A stretch of 64,000 bases of DNA from Lama guanicoe. Its lineage: Eukaryota. This document shows positions 1-13,645 of this stretch, piece after piece. The position numbers and the translations under genes are program-made. The DNA lies in the NCBI GenBank assembly GCA_013239625.1, contig MU054220.1, positions 5,874,626 to 5,938,625 on the forward strand. Reading direction: 5' to 3'. The notes below the pieces were generated by a model that saw nothing but the letters and a program-made list of their open reading frames with translations, did not search any database and was not told the origin of the DNA. The first letter of the stretch is position 1, and the number at the start of each line of letters is the position of its first letter.

Positions 1-849
1 CCTGTCCTGCTGTAACTGAAGCCCTGAAATCCCCAGACACTGAGGATAAGACATACTTCTCTACAAAACATCTAATTTTTCCCCATTCTGTAAAAGTCAT
101 CAGGTTTTCACACTTTGAGGCGTTTATATTTTACCACTTGCAGAATGTGGGGCTTCTCTGACAGCTTTCCTGCCTCAAGTCCCTCCCTCTGTTCTACTCT
201 GGGGGAAAAAAGTCATTTTGTGATTGCTTTTCTTTCCAATTCTCATCTCTTTTAGACTGTCTTTTAGTGTAAACTGTTTCCTGTGACAGCTAAATTTCTT
301 TGGCTATATGCACTCGTTAATTACTTTCCAAAGCATCTGTTGCTTGTCAGGCAAACATGTTCCACATGTTTGTGAGAATGGCTTTTCTTTCTAGAAAATT
401 CAGTTAAGACATTCTGTAATACGAGGAATAAGGAAATGAAGCCCCTCCCATTTGTTAGGCACCTGTTATCTGTCGGGCACCCCTCTAATAATTTCCTCTA
501 ATCCTGTTAGTAACCCTGTGAATCAGGTCACATGGCACCTATTTTACTCATCAGGAAGAGGAAGACTTGTAGAAGTCAAGTTATTTGCTACACAAATAAA
601 ACCTGAATCCAAGTGTTTGTATTGCTCTAAAATTCTTGGGGGCAGTGTTTTCTGATTTGATATTTGGATTGTGGGAATCATATAATGGAGACATAGTACC
701 TCCCTTTTTTAAAGCAATAACAGTAATAGCCATGAGCATACCTACTGTCAAAACTACCACCTAAAATTCACAATAATTTTAGTTTACAGAGCATCACTCT
801 CAAGGAAAAAGTTCTGTATGCACTAAGTAGGCATAAAGGGCAAAATAAG

Positions 850-1514
850 TGTGGCAGACAATTTCATTGATCTCCAAGATTTCTGTCCCCTCCCCACTAT
901 ATATCTGTATGATCCCCTCCCCTCGAAGGGTGGGCCTTGTGAGTATAATGGGTCTTCACACCTGTGATTATGTGACACGATACATCAGAAGAGATATTTC
1001 AGATGTAAGTATGGTCCTTAATCAGTGGACACTGAGGTAGTAAAAAGGAAGGTTATTCTGTGTGGGCCTGATCCAACCAGATAGGTTCTTAAAAGAAATC
1101 AGATCCAAAATGAGAGAGATTGCTCCTGCTTTCACTGAAGAAGAAAACAACCAGGTTGTGAACTGAGCTGGAAAGAGCCATGTGGCAAGGACACACGGCC
1201 AGCCTCTAGGTGCTGAGGACATTCCCTGGCCAAGAGCCAACAAGAAAATGGGCACTTTATTCCCATACTGGCAAGGAACTCAGTTTACCAATAGCCACTC
1301 ACCTTGGAAGAGGACCCTGAGCCTTAGATGAGATCACACCCCTGGCTGACACTCATCTCAGCCTGGTGAGACCCTGAGCAGAAGACCCAGTTAAACCATG
1401 CCCATGGACAAGGAAAAAAATACATATGTGACTACGTGTGTATGTGTGTGTGTGTGTTCTCTTAAGCTACTAAGTTCAAGATAATTTGTTTCACACTAAT
1501 AGAAAACTAATACA
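850..1514 (+). mobile_element. MaLR solo LTR, MLT1E-like
   Basis: Starts TGTGGCAGA and ends AACTAATACA. Contains MLT1-type blocks GCCATGTGGCAAGGA...CAGCCTCTAGG, GAGACCCTGAGCAGAAGACCCAG and TTAAGCTACTAAGTT...TAATTTGTT. A short (TG)n tract lies inside. Confidence 0.85.
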
Positions 1515-1691
1515 TTAAGTCAACTGTCAAATGAGTGATAGACGGTAAGCAGTATGAGTTTAATAAAGTATAAATACATCAATTGTGGAGAGACGTGTTA
1601 ATATTGCTGCAGAAGAAGAATTCTCAACTCAGTGGGGCTAGATGCCCTATACCAAAATTTCCCATTCTACTCTCCTTTGTAATATGTCATT

Positions 1692-1950
1692 TTCTTAGGT
1701 TGGTTTCCCCAGAAGCAGACCCTAAGACAAGGATTCACATGCACAAGATTCTTCATGAAAATGTTCCCCGGAAAAGCTGAGCAGTGAAAGGGAAGAAACC
1801 AAGCAGAGGGACAATTTCAGGCAAAACCCCAGCTATAGCTGACTATCACACTGGCAATCTAAAGTATAATTGCATCCTAAAGTTTACCTTTATTTGGGAC
1901 AAAAAATTGGGGCTTTCATATTTGGCAGCACTCAGTCGTTGCCTGTTATC
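1692..1950 (-). mobile_element. ERVL LTR fragment (LTR16/LTR33-like)
   Basis: TCTTAGGTTGGTTTCCCCAGAAGCAGACCCTAAGACAAGGATTCA matches the reverse complement of the LTR16/LTR33 3' terminus as I recall it. Confidence 0.7.
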
Positions 1951-2101
1951 CTCCTGCTGCTGGCATTGCCACCTCACTACAAGTACAAGCAAAATCAAAA
2001 GCAGCTCCAGTAATTCAGGGGAATTAAGTAATTCAGTAATTCTTGGAAGAGAGACATGGAAGAGGACAGTTAAAAGAAAGAAAGAAAAAAAAAAAAAACA
2101 G

Positions 2102-4350
2102 GAGATGGACTTCTGGTTTCCAGGCCAGCATGTAAGAAGCTTGGGCGTTACCGTTCTGTTTTAACAAGAAGTGAAACTGAATAAACTAAAAAATCAACCA
2201 CTCTTCTTATATCCATAAGAGAAACGAAGTCATGGGGCCAACCACTGCCCCCCAAGTTGGAAAGACTGACAGGCAAATACAGAGAATAATGATATATTAG
2301 AGCAGAAACCTCTGAGGAATCAATATTAGTGTAAGAAGCCCTGAATTATAGTTGATGAATTCCTGGAGACTCACTGTGTGTGAGTCCGAGAGTTAAAAAC
2401 TCCTGAGGGACCCCTAACCAAGTTCTCATGATGAGTGTTGAAAAAAAATTCCCTCATATCTCTGGCAGGGGGAGGAGAAAAGGGACCATTTTTCAATATG
2501 CCAGGACATTCTGTTCTTAACAAAGTCTGCCCTCAGAAGAATCTATTTTACCAGAGCCTGAATTATTGGGGTTTTATCAGAGCCCCAGGAAGGAAAATGT
2601 CCAACTCCAGCCCCCTCTAACCATACTGTTCCACTTAAACGCAGGGGAGAACTGAGAAGCATGTATAAAGCTCACTGTCTAAGGGTACAGGCTCATTAAA
2701 AATCTGAGACCTAATCAGAGAACCACAGAATGCTTCCCCCAAACATTACTGTCACGTTACTAAAGCAGTTCCATTTACCCGGAGCGTTCATGTATGGCTT
2801 TCCAGATAAACTTACAACACATACTAAAAGGCAAAAAACCACTTTGAAGACACAGAAAAAGCATCAGCCTCAGACTCAGATATGACAATGATGTTGGAAT
2901 TTAAAACTACTAGGATTAATACACTAAAGAATCTAATGGATAAAGTAGACAGCATGCGAGAACAGATGGGCAATGTAAGCAGAAAACAAAAATTCTAAGA
3001 AGCGAAAATAAATGCTAGAGATCAAACACTGTAGCAGAAATAAAGAATGCTTTTACTGGGCTTCTTAGTAGACAGGGTACGACTGAGGAAAAAATCTCTG
3101 AGCTTGAGGCTATCTCAAGGAAAACTTCCAAAACTGAAAACAAATAACAGAATATCTGGGACAGCTACAAAAGGCATAATATAATCATGATGGAAACAGC
3201 AGATGGAGAAGAAAGAGTGAAAGGAACAGAAGAAATATTTTAAAATATAATGAACGGGACTTTCTCTAAATTAATGTCAGACAGAAAACAACAGATCCAG
3301 GAAGCTTAGAGACTAATTATGTAAAATAAACGCCCGAAAATCTGCCCTTGGGAGACAATGTGGCAAAACTCACACAGGGAGAAACAGACAATCTGAAGAA
3401 CGTCAAGAGAATGAAAAGATAAGGCATGGTTTGGGAGACAATTTTGCAAAAAAAAAAAAAACCTGATAAAAGACTGTTACCCAAACATACAAAGAAGTCT
3501 TAAAGCTCAACAGTAAGAAAACAAGCAAGCCAATTAAAAAATGGACCAAAGACCTTCACAGATACCTCACAAAAGAAGAAATACAGATGGAAAAAAAGCA
3601 TAGGAAAAGAAAAGATGCTCCACATCATATGTTATCAGAGAAATGCAAATTACAACGCTTGCCAACTGCACACCGATTAGAATGGCCAAAATCCAAGACA
3701 CTGACACCACCGAATGCTGGTGAGGTTGTGGAGCAACAGAAACTCTCAGTCATTGCTAGTGGAAATGCAAAATGGTACAGCTGCTTTGGAAGACAGTTAT
3801 TTACCCAAAGGTGTTGAAAACTTACGTCCACACAAAGACCTGCACGTGGATGTTTACAGCAGCTTTATTTATAGTGGCTGAAACTTGGAGGCAACCAAGA
3901 TGACCCTCAGTTGGTGAATATATAAATAAAGTTTGACATATCCAAACAATGTAATATTACTCAGTGCTTAAAAGAAATGAGCTATCAAACCATGAAAAGA
4001 TATGGAGAAAACTCAAATGCATATAACTAAGTGGAAAAAGCCAATCTAAAAAAGTTGCATACTATTCAGCCCCAATTATATGACATTCTGGAAAAGGCAA
4101 CGTTAAAAAATTCAGTGCTTGCCGGGGCTTAGGGAGGAGGGAGGTGTGAACAGGCTGAGCATAGAGGATTTTTAGTGCAGTAAAGCTACTCTGTCTGATA
4201 CCATGATAGTGGATATATGTCATTATAAATTTATCCAGACCTATAGAATGTGGGGGGCAGGGTGTATGTGGGAAATCTCTGTATCTTCCTCTTATTTTTT
4301 ATGAGCCTAAAACTGCTATAAAAACAGAGTCTATTAAAGAAAAAAAGAAG
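2102..4350 (+). mobile_element. Old LINE-1 (L1MC-like): 5' UTR and ORF1 remnant joined to the ORF2 end and 3' UTR
   Basis: L1M-type 5' start GGACTTCTGGTTTCCAGG. A-rich ORF1-like sequence at about 2800-3330. ORF2 C-terminal motifs at about 3400-3950 (e.g. GCTAGTGGAAATGCAAAATGGTACAGCTGCTTTGGAAGACAG). L1MC-type 3' end GGGAAATCTCTGTATCTT...CCTAAAACTGCTATAAAAA followed by an A tail. Confidence 0.85.
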
Positions 4351-4544
4351 AACATGATAATATACTGGAAATTTGTAAAAGAGTTCAAGGGATTCAAGTG
4401 AGCCTGGGTGATGTACCAGTGATAGCTATTACACTTATGTACCACTGAAAAGATTACAATTAACAGCTTAAAAACTCTGCAGTTCTGCTTCTAAAAATTA
4501 AAAAACAGTAAATTGATTAAGAAAACACATCTTTTAATACTACT

Positions 4545-4760
4545 ATAACTGCCATTCATTGAATGACTATTATGTCCCAGACACCATTTCATTTAATAAT
4601 TAGCACAACCTTATGACATTCATTCTACTATAATCTTCATTTTACACATGAGGAAATTTTGGTAACAAGAGAGAAAATAATGTGGCCTAGCGAATGTGCC
4701 TTGTGAGTGGGTGAGCTGAAATTTGAATTATCTGAGCCAATAAGCCACCACCACTTTCAG
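4545..4760 (-). mobile_element. MIR SINE
   Basis: MIR core CATTTTACACATGAGGAAA with flanking MIR-like sequence. Confidence 0.7.
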
Positions 4761-5261
4761 TAGGTTTAATTTAAGATGTTGCAAACTGTCTCAAATAATA
4801 ACTGTAAAAATTGTTTACTCTGTGCCAGTGGATCTTCTAAGTACTTTATAGATGAACTCACTTAACACTTCGAAAAAGTATGTGTCTTTAGCATTTTTTT
4901 GAGTGATGTGTGTCATTTATGGTGGTCAGCCAATCCACAACACTGAGGGGTGCTCTAATACTCTGGAAACACTGTGTTCATAGTTTCTTTAGCTCTCTCC
5001 CATTCTCCCTTCCCACCTTTCACTTCCTTCCTATCTTGATTTATTCTTTAACGAACTTGCTTTTGACACTGCATTTCAGCAAAAATCATGGTAATATTAG
5101 CGAGTAACAAAAGATCAGTTAAATATGAAACCTGTCTGCAAGGAACTTACAGTCTATTACAAGAAATTAGATGAATGCATAAAAGTCTACAGCATAAGTT
5201 GAAAAGGGGGCCTGGGAGAGACTACTTGATAAATATTCAAAGGAGGAAGAAATTGAATTTA

Positions 5262-5467
5262 CAGTTGACCCATGAACAACACAGGTCCACTTATGAGTGG
5301 AATTTTTTCCCATAAACACTATAGTGCTACATGATCCACAGCTGGTTGAATCCACCAGTGTGGAGCTGTGGGTACTCAGGGATGACTTTGGGGCTTGAGC
5401 AGCTGCGGGTTTTGGTACATAAGACGGGTCCTGGAACCAACCCCCCAGCATTGTTCAAGGGTCACAG
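5262..5467 (+). mobile_element. Tigger2-derived non-autonomous DNA transposon (TcMar-Tigger)
   Basis: Preceded by TA. Terminal inverted repeats CAGTTGACCCATGAACAAC ... ATTGTTCAAGGGTCACAG. Internal GGTCCACTTATGAGTGGAATTTTTTC typical of Tigger2. Confidence 0.8.
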
Positions 5468-8094
5468 GTTTTCGAAAATGTTGACAGTTGAAATAGACTT
5501 TGAAGGATACGTGTGATTTAGATTTACTGCAATGCAAAGACAAACCACCACTGGTGGAAAAGCAGTATGAACAAGTTTGTGAAGACAGGAAGGAGGAGCT
5601 TTTCCCCTATCCAGGTAGGTACTTCAATTTGTAAGCAAAGAAGAGGTCAGGGGAGTAGTGTGTTAATTCGGGGCCAGATTGTGTCTCTAAATGCCAAGTT
5701 AAAGAAGTTTAGGGTTAAATTTTCACTCAAAGTTCAAAATTCCAATTTCCAAGCCTCCCTTGAATGTGAGACTTAGCAGATTTTGGACAACGCTTAAATG
5801 CTTATTTTCACTCAAGATAATTGTCCGTCTCTTGATGCAAAAGCAAAGGGCTATTTTAAGAGTTTGTTTATTTTGCTGTTTCACTAGACACCAGAGAAGA
5901 GGATAATGTGAGTTGAAGTTCCTCTAAAATATTTTCTTATGACCAGTGAACACCTGCCATGAGATTGTGTTTCTTTTGATGTCTTTTTAATCAGCTTACC
6001 AATTTGCAGTTAGAAAACAAAGCAACCACAGCCGCGTTAAGTCTGGAAGCACCATAATCCTCACCTCCCTCTCAGATCGGCATTGCTTCTACTGAGCATA
6101 TGCCTATTTGTTTTTGTCTCTTTTCAAGAATGAGGATAAAAACCTTATTTATGAGACTTTCATCGGTGACCTGAAATGCCACACAGAGACAATGGGTTTT
6201 TCCTGTGTTTATTTAGACAATCATTCACTTCCAATGTAGGTATGTGGAATTGAGCACCGAGAATAATGGACAAGTGCTTATTAACAATCTCATTGTGAAC
6301 CAGTAGATGTAAAATCTCAAACCACAGCTCATCATATCAAACTACAAAGCACCCAAAACAGATGGATTTTTGACTGCCTTCCAGGACTTCAATTAAATAA
6401 CCCAAAATACACTGCCTTCATTGAAAAATTCTAACATGAGAGACTGTTACCACTCTGTGGCTAATGCTTATTTGCAGGATGAACATGCAGTTTGTTATCC
6501 AAAGAGGAATGATTTCAACAGGAAAAGAAGGTGATATTAATAATTATAGCTGGACCACCAGCATCTGCGTGAACTGTCCCAGGGTATCTAGAGTATATTC
6601 TTGATCCATTGCCAACTTTAGCGGTGGGTACTGCTTTTAAGTTCTACCAATTTCCTAGACTCTGAACACCGATGCTAGTGTAGGGCTTGTTGATGGCAGG
6701 GGAGTTTGTGAGCTCCCTGGATTCTCATTCTGCCCATAACTCGCACTGGCCGAGGGAGATGTTTGAATTTCATGGATAGATAATTTTTCCTTAGAACTCA
6801 AACTCAAGGATCATATGCTATTATTGTTCCAGATGATGAAAGACTCTAAGGAAAAAAAAAGGAATTTTATAAATTTCCTATCTTGAACACTCATTTTAAA
6901 AAGGTGTTGATTTTTGACTCCAAGTATAGAAGCAACTCATCTCTACCTTTTTGTGGTAGCTACATTTATGAGAAACATGTCTTTAATAACCGTAGAGGAA
7001 AGATACTTGCGAGGAAATGCATCTGTGTTGGTCTCTCTCTTTCTCTTTTAGCATTTAGGGTATCAAGAAAGGAGCATAGAATAATGGAAAGATTTTTGTG
7101 GCTGGCAAATTATATTCCAATTCTAGCTCTGCATTTACCAGCGGAGTGATTTCTGGCTTAACCTATCTGCATCTTAATTTCTTCATCATCTTATAGTACT
7201 CCCTATGAATCAAGCCTTCTGATAAATAATTTAATCTCATTTTAACTGTTACAGCAACACTTTGAGGTAGAAATTTTTAATACCACATTTTCAGATGATA
7301 AAACTGGTTACTCTCCAGTCTATATCCATGCTTTATGTTCTGTTTATAGCATTTTAATTTATGTATTTACATTTCCAACTAGTGTGTACTTTCCAAGGGA
7401 CAGAAATTGTGCCATTTTTGATTATCCCAGACACACAATTTGATACTCAATAAATAAATGTGAAAGAAAGAACGAGAAAGAAAGGAAGGAAGGAAGAAGA
7501 AAGAAAAAAGATGCTAAAAGTGATACATATATTCAGGATCTGAATTAGGAATTGAACTCAAGTAATCTGAACCTATAGTCTTTGTGCCTCACTACTCCTA
7601 TATACTGTCTCCCTAGCTCCCCTTTCTTCCTCTCAGATCTGTGGCTCTTGGATACACTGGAGAGTCATGTGCTAGAAAATAGACGCATTCCCTTGCCCAA
7701 CCTTCAAGGGACTCATTCATACTAGAGGGCTCATTTAATGATTTATAATGGATGAATATCTCTTTCCTTGGCAGGAAATCTATTTGGAAAAAAAAAACAA
7801 ATTAAGATCAGTTACTTGATGCATTTGTGGGATCTGATCCAGGAAAACCCATAAAGAAATTACTTTGTCAGACTCAGTCTTTTTCAACAAGCTAAGCTAC
7901 TTTTTCAGTGTTTCTGGTAGGAGTAGATTTTTGATGTATATTGATATTATTACTGTTATTATTATTAATGAAAATACCATTAGCACCTTCAAAGATGCAC
8001 AAATGAGTAGGGATGTATAATTTGTGACATTTTCAAAGTGTGAATTTGAATCTTGCATGATTCATAATAAAGCTTTTAGCTATTAAAAAGTGAG

Positions 8095-8737
8095 CAACTC
8101 GAGGATATGGAAAAATTGGAATCCTTGTACGCTACTGGTAGGAATATAGAATGATGATGCTGCTGTGGAAACAGAGCCTCAAAAAGCTAAAGACAAAATT
8201 ACCATATGACCCAACAATTCTACTAGATATATAACCAAAATAATTGAAAACAGATAATTGTATGCCAATGTTCACTGAAGAGTTATTCATAGCAGCCAAA
8301 AGCTGAAAACAACCCAAGTATCCATCAGTAGATGGAGGGAAAAACAGAATGTATATACATAAAATGGAATATTATTTATCCATAAAGAGGACTGCAGTTC
8401 TGACACATGCTAAAACAGAGATGAACCTTAAAAAATTATGCTAAATGAAATAAACCAGGCACAGAAGAACCAATATATCGTTCCATTTATATGAAATACA
8501 TAGAATTAGCAGAATCAGGGAGACAAAATTGATCTGAGTTCAGTGGCTGGAAGAGGAGGAGACTGGGGAATTATTGGTTAATGGCTATTAAGTTTCTGTT
8601 GGAGGTGATGAAAAAGTTTATGAAATAGATCATGAAAATGTTCCAATTAATGTCATGAATTATCCATTTAAAATTGTTAAAATGGCAAATCTTATATATG
8701 TGCACATATGTATTTTTTACCACCATTAAAAAAATAA
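8095..8737 (+). mobile_element. LINE-1 3' end (L1MB-like), 5'-truncated
   Basis: AAATTACCATATGACCCAACAATTCTACT, AACAACCCAAGTATCCATCA, AATGGAATATTATT, AGTTTCTGTTGGAGGTGATGAAAAAGTTT and a terminal A-rich tail. Confidence 0.85.
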
Positions 8738-9620
8738 AATCTATAGTAATGTGACTTTTCATCGTCTTCTCATGCCAAATGTAGTAACTCTCCTAACACA
8801 ATATAAAGAGTTTTTTGTAAAAAAGAAAAGGATATTTTCTGAAAAATGGAACTCCGGATGAACTTGAAGGGGTATTGGACTGTGACAAAAGCAATACGTG
8901 ACTACCCACGGGAGTATGATAAAGAGAAAGGTCAGTGAGAAACGTCTTACAGCGAAATTTAATAATGTGCAGACTTCTCAGGAGATACTGCTGGTGAACA
9001 TGGTGGGTCCGCTGTGCCACAGAAGTTCCCAGAATTACACTAATCTCTCAAGTGATATTTTCCAGCATGAAAAGAGGCCTCAGAATCAATGATTTGGGTA
9101 ATCTGGAGTCAGATTATATAGGCATCTTTGTAACAGTACCACTGACATTATTTAATATGTTAATACATATAGCAGATTACTGAGAAAAACCCAGTCTTCA
9201 GGAGTTTCCGAAGTCAATTTACCGTAGAATTTATTTACACACATCAATAAAGCAAATATTTATCTATCCTCAACTGCAGTCTTGTTGCTGCCACATACAG
9301 TATCTTCTGCCTTATCAAATGGGAGGTCAGAGATAATAAATTATATTATTCATAAAAAAAGTTTATATTCTTCCCTGAATGAGGATTTCTCTTTCCCACT
9401 CTATTGATGTCAGCCATGCTCGTGGGACTTTCTTTGGCCAATGAAATATGAGTGGAATTTCCTGGGAGAACTTTTAAGAGCCAGCGTATGGTACTCTACC
9501 CTCTCCCATGTGACAAGAAATGGTCCAGGTAGAAGCTGCTCTATCAGCTAAATTAATGATAGACATGTGCTGAACGTGGGGGAGGAAGAAGGGTGAGTAA
9601 CTGGGATCAGGGAAGTCAAC

Positions 9621-9973
9621 TGTGGTAGACTGTATTATTGCCTAAAACTATCTTCTACTTTTCCCTGTAGAAAGATTATACTTTTCTGTTCCAATATCAG
9701 CCGTGGCCACAGGACTCATCTGGCCAATGACATGTGAACAGAAGTAATGTGTATCCTGTCTAGTGAGCCAAAGTATGGTGTCCCTGATTCATGACATTGT
9801 CAATATTCCACATAGAAAGGCTGTTCAGTCAGTTTGGATCCTGGATTAAAGACAACATAGAGCAGCACTGCAGTTGATCTAATGACAGAGGATGGTATGG
9901 GTAAGAAATAAATCATCATTGTTTTAAGCCACTGAAATTTTTTGTTCCATACCTAGCCTTGCTGACCTAATAG
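9621..9973 (+). mobile_element. MaLR LTR, MLT1I/J-like
   Basis: Starts TGTGGTAGACTG. TGGCCAATGACATGTGAACAGAAGT block. 3' end AAGAAATAAATCATCATTGTTTTAAGCCACTGAAATTT. A second similar fragment lies at about 9370-9545. Confidence 0.75.
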
Positions 9974-11029
9974 ATCAGGAAGCCCAGGACATGATAATTA
10001 ATTATCTCAACTCCCTGAGATACTATGAATGGTCCAGGAGTGGGGCTCATAGGTCAAACCAGGCTAATTAACATCCTCTTCCCAAATTCTAATTTGATTA
10101 GTTGGTTTCAAAGCAATAAATATTTAATCCCATTCATTCGGAGAAAGTTGCCCTTGGAGAATTAAGCACAGCAAAGTAGAGACTGTGATGGAAAGAGATG
10201 GAGAAAGAGATGCCATGATGTCAATGTCAGTGTTATAAATGTCAAATTATTAACAGATACAGTTATTCCTGAAGCCAGTTGCTCTTCCCAAATTTGGTTG
10301 CATGAATCAATAAATTATCTACCTCCCTTTCACCATGTTTCTTTGACTCTTTGTTTATAATTTGAGTTGTTTTTTTGATGTATCATTCCTTTAATGTGTT
10401 AATTGTAATTAAAACAATATAGCAAATCTATAATTTATGCAGACCTCTACTTTGACAAACTATAAATGAAGGATTTTTTTCTGTTAAAAAATAAAAATTT
10501 TCTGTACTAAATCAAAAGCAAATGTTATGTCATATATTTCCACTGCATACAATTCTGCCATCGAATTCCACCTGTGACTCTTTGTTTTTTAATCCCCAAA
10601 AAGGAGCATATATTAGACATTGTAGATTAGAAAGTATTAAGTGTGTTCCTTCACTACAGGGCTTGTCAGAGCGTTTTTATTTCTTAATATGCCCTGCGTT
10701 CTTTTAGGAGGGTCCTATATCATACATAATTATCCCATGACATTTTTTATTACAGAATCCATCTGGAGGGCAGAACTTCAGCTCCAAGGAACCCCAGATG
10801 GCCTTACATTTTCAGGTTCTGTAAAGGAGAAGTGATGAAATTAGTACCTGCATTACAAATTTATTCTGAGGATTAAGTGAGTTGATACATGTAAAGTAAA
10901 TATCACCCACACATGTTCAGTATGTGCGTGTGTTTTCTGCAACTATGTAGAAAGCTTTGGGATAGCCTTTGTTTTATTCTCTGGAAGCTACTAAAATTTT
11001 ACTTTATCAATGCTGTTAAGCAATTTTAC

Positions 11030-12362
11030 TATATGATATGGTTTGCTGTATTTGTGTATTGTGATGGGGGGGCATATTCTGTTAGGAATTATCTGTTTTA
11101 GAGTTTATTAAAGTTTTTCATTCCATGAGCTGAAAATTTTCATCAAATCTGGGAAATTTTTGGTCATTATAACATCTAATATACCATCCACTCGCTCTAC
11201 AGTTTTCTTCTGAGGTGTTCATTACAGGGATACTAAACTACCTGATGTTTTCCCACAGATACTGAGGTTACTTTTGTATTTTTCATTTCTTTTTTTCTTT
11301 CTCTCTGTGTTTCATTTTAAAAGTTTCCATTTCTGTATTTTCAGGTTCATTTATCTTTTCCTTCTGCAGATTCTAATTTGAGGTTAATCTTATTCTATAA
11401 AATTTTTATTTCAGATATTGCATTTTTCTTTCTAGAATTACTCTTTCTTTCTTTCACTTTTATATTCATGATGTCCTGTAAATTACTGAACATGTTGTTA
11501 TAGTTTGATATCCTCGTCTGCTGATTTCATCATCTCTAGCACTTCTGGATCTATTTTTATTTACTAATTTTTCCCCTGGATTGAGTCACATTTTTCTGCT
11601 TCTTGGAATGTTCAGTAAATTTTTTTATTAAATGTTGAAATCATTATATATTACATTGTTGGATGTCTAATTTCTTTGTGTTGTTCCAGAGAATGTTGAG
11701 TTTTGTTCTATCAGGTAGTTAAGGTACTTGCTATTGGATCAATCCTTTCTAGCCTTATTTTTAAGTTTTTAAAGGCATTCTAGTGAAGTCTTTACTTTAG
11801 AGAGAGTTCAGCCGTAGCCCTAAGGCATGACACTCCTGGGCTCTCTCCTGAATTCTCTTGGTATTCAACAAGGACTGGCAATTTTGACAGGTTGGAAGTC
11901 AAATACTTTTAAGCTCTGTGTGAGCTCTCAGAATTGTTTGGTTTACTAGTCTTTGTTCTCTGCCCAGCCTTACGGAGCATCACAGTCAAAGCTCAAGGGG
12001 CTCACATACAGGTTGTTTTCTGCATAGCTCCTCCTTTTCCTGAAAGTCCTTTTTATAAATCCCAGCTACCGCATTTTCTCTGTACTCTTACCTCTGTCTC
12101 CTCAGTGGGACTGCCATTTTCCACTTATGACCTCACTCACTGCATCACTGTCCAAAAATTGCTTCCAGCCAAAAATCGATGGCAGATTTGAGACTCATCT
12201 TATTTGCTTTCCTACTTTCAGGTATCACAATCTTGTGCTGTCCTCACTGTCTGAAAATGCCTTTTTAAAAACATACAATTTTTTTTGTTGTTTTGAACAT
12301 TTTTTTACAGAAGAAGGGGATGTCAATCCAACTTACTCCATCACTGCTGGGAGTGGAATGTC
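11030..12362 (-). mobile_element. Old LINE-1 5' portion (5' UTR/ORF1 region, L1M)
   Basis: T-rich antisense L1 ORF1-like sequence (TTCATCAAATCTGGGAAATTTTTGGTCATTAT...) ending in an L1M 5'-terminus-like TTACTCCATCACTGCTGGGAGTGGAATGTC. Confidence 0.7.
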
Positions 12363-13399
12363 CATCATTACTATTGCTGCTTCTAGAAATCACATGAGTG
12401 GAAATGCATTTTGTTCCCCTACCTTTAACAGTTAACCCCACCAATATTATTTTTGATATTATTCTGCGGCTGTTGCTAAATTTTTTAGTAATCCCATTAT
12501 TTTTTTCCTGGGCAAAAATTATGTTTATTAGTAACTTTGTCATAAATTAAGTCAGAAATATTTGTGCTCTAAATAGACTGTCCTCCATAAGGTTTACGTA
12601 TTCATTTTAGTTACTTCACTGAGTATCTACTATGTGTCACATTTTATATGAAAGTTCTCTAATTTACCTGATAGCCTATATATAAAGTAGGTGCCATTTT
12701 TTCATTGTAAAGATGGAAATTTTTTATTTCAAACATTCAGTTAATTTACATGGCTTACATGGCTTTAAGGTAAAGGTCTATAATTTAAACTTAAGTCTCT
12801 CTGCCTCTTTATCAAGTGCAGGAAAAAAGAAGAGAAGCCAAGTTAGAAACAAAAGGTTACGGCCGCGTGTCGTCCAGTGATACATGCTAGAAGCGTGGGC
12901 TGCCAAGTGCTTCCTGTCTGAGATTAATGCTCCACAGTGAGGTAAGAATCTTGTTCGAAATGTAAATGAGTTAAACTACTAAGCAGAGTGTTAAAGTTCT
13001 ACTAATGATCTTCATAGAAAAACTTTCTTGAAGAAAGCAGTGAACTACTGTTTTCTTTAACACTGTTGCAAGCTGCTTATATCATCATAAAATAGTAACA
13101 AAGAACTGGGCAGGTGGAGTAGCACTGTCTTACACCCTCTGGCTTCATAGCACTGAATGACTTTCTGGACCTCAGCTTCCTCGACTGAAAATAAAGACAG
13201 CTGAATAAAAATAATTTGAACATCTTTTCCTGATCATTTAATGATGATTAATTATTTAGGAATAAACATACATAACAGGGACAAGATGAGGTAAGCATAT
13301 TAATAAATGCCTTTCATATTTCACATTAAGGCATTAAGTATCTGATAATAATATTAAATATTTCTTACAGGTATTTGAAGCATTGAAAGGCTGAATCTC

Positions 13400-13645
13400 T
13401 AGATAGCATAGTGTTTAAACACACAGGCTCTGTTGCCAGATTAGCCTCAGTTCACATTCTGTTTTCCATTTACTGCCTGTGTCATTTTAAGCAATTTATT
13501 TAATCTCTGAGTTTTGGTTTAAATTATTTGAGAAATGGAATATTAATACCCAGGTCACAGAATTTTTATGACTATGAAATGAGTCCATGAATATAAGAGA
13601 TTAGCTCAGTATCTGTTATGGTTAACTGATTAACAAATTGTTAAA
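13400..13645 (+). mobile_element. MIR SINE, near full length
   Basis: AGCATAGTGTTTAAACACACAGGCTCTG 5' end; core CCATTTACTGCCTGTGTCATTTTAAGCAATTTATTTAATCTCTGAG; L2-like tail. Confidence 0.8.

Noticed and set aside
3587..3831. ORFs with similarity to the L1 ORF2 C-terminus
   Set aside because: Short, frameshifted remnants inside an old L1; not a functional gene.
8780..9130. Complex unique-looking segment with short ORFs on both strands; considered as a pseudogene or endogenous viral fragment
   Set aside because: I could recognise no protein motif in the frames I read and they close quickly. A TBLASTX/BLASTX search would be needed to say more.
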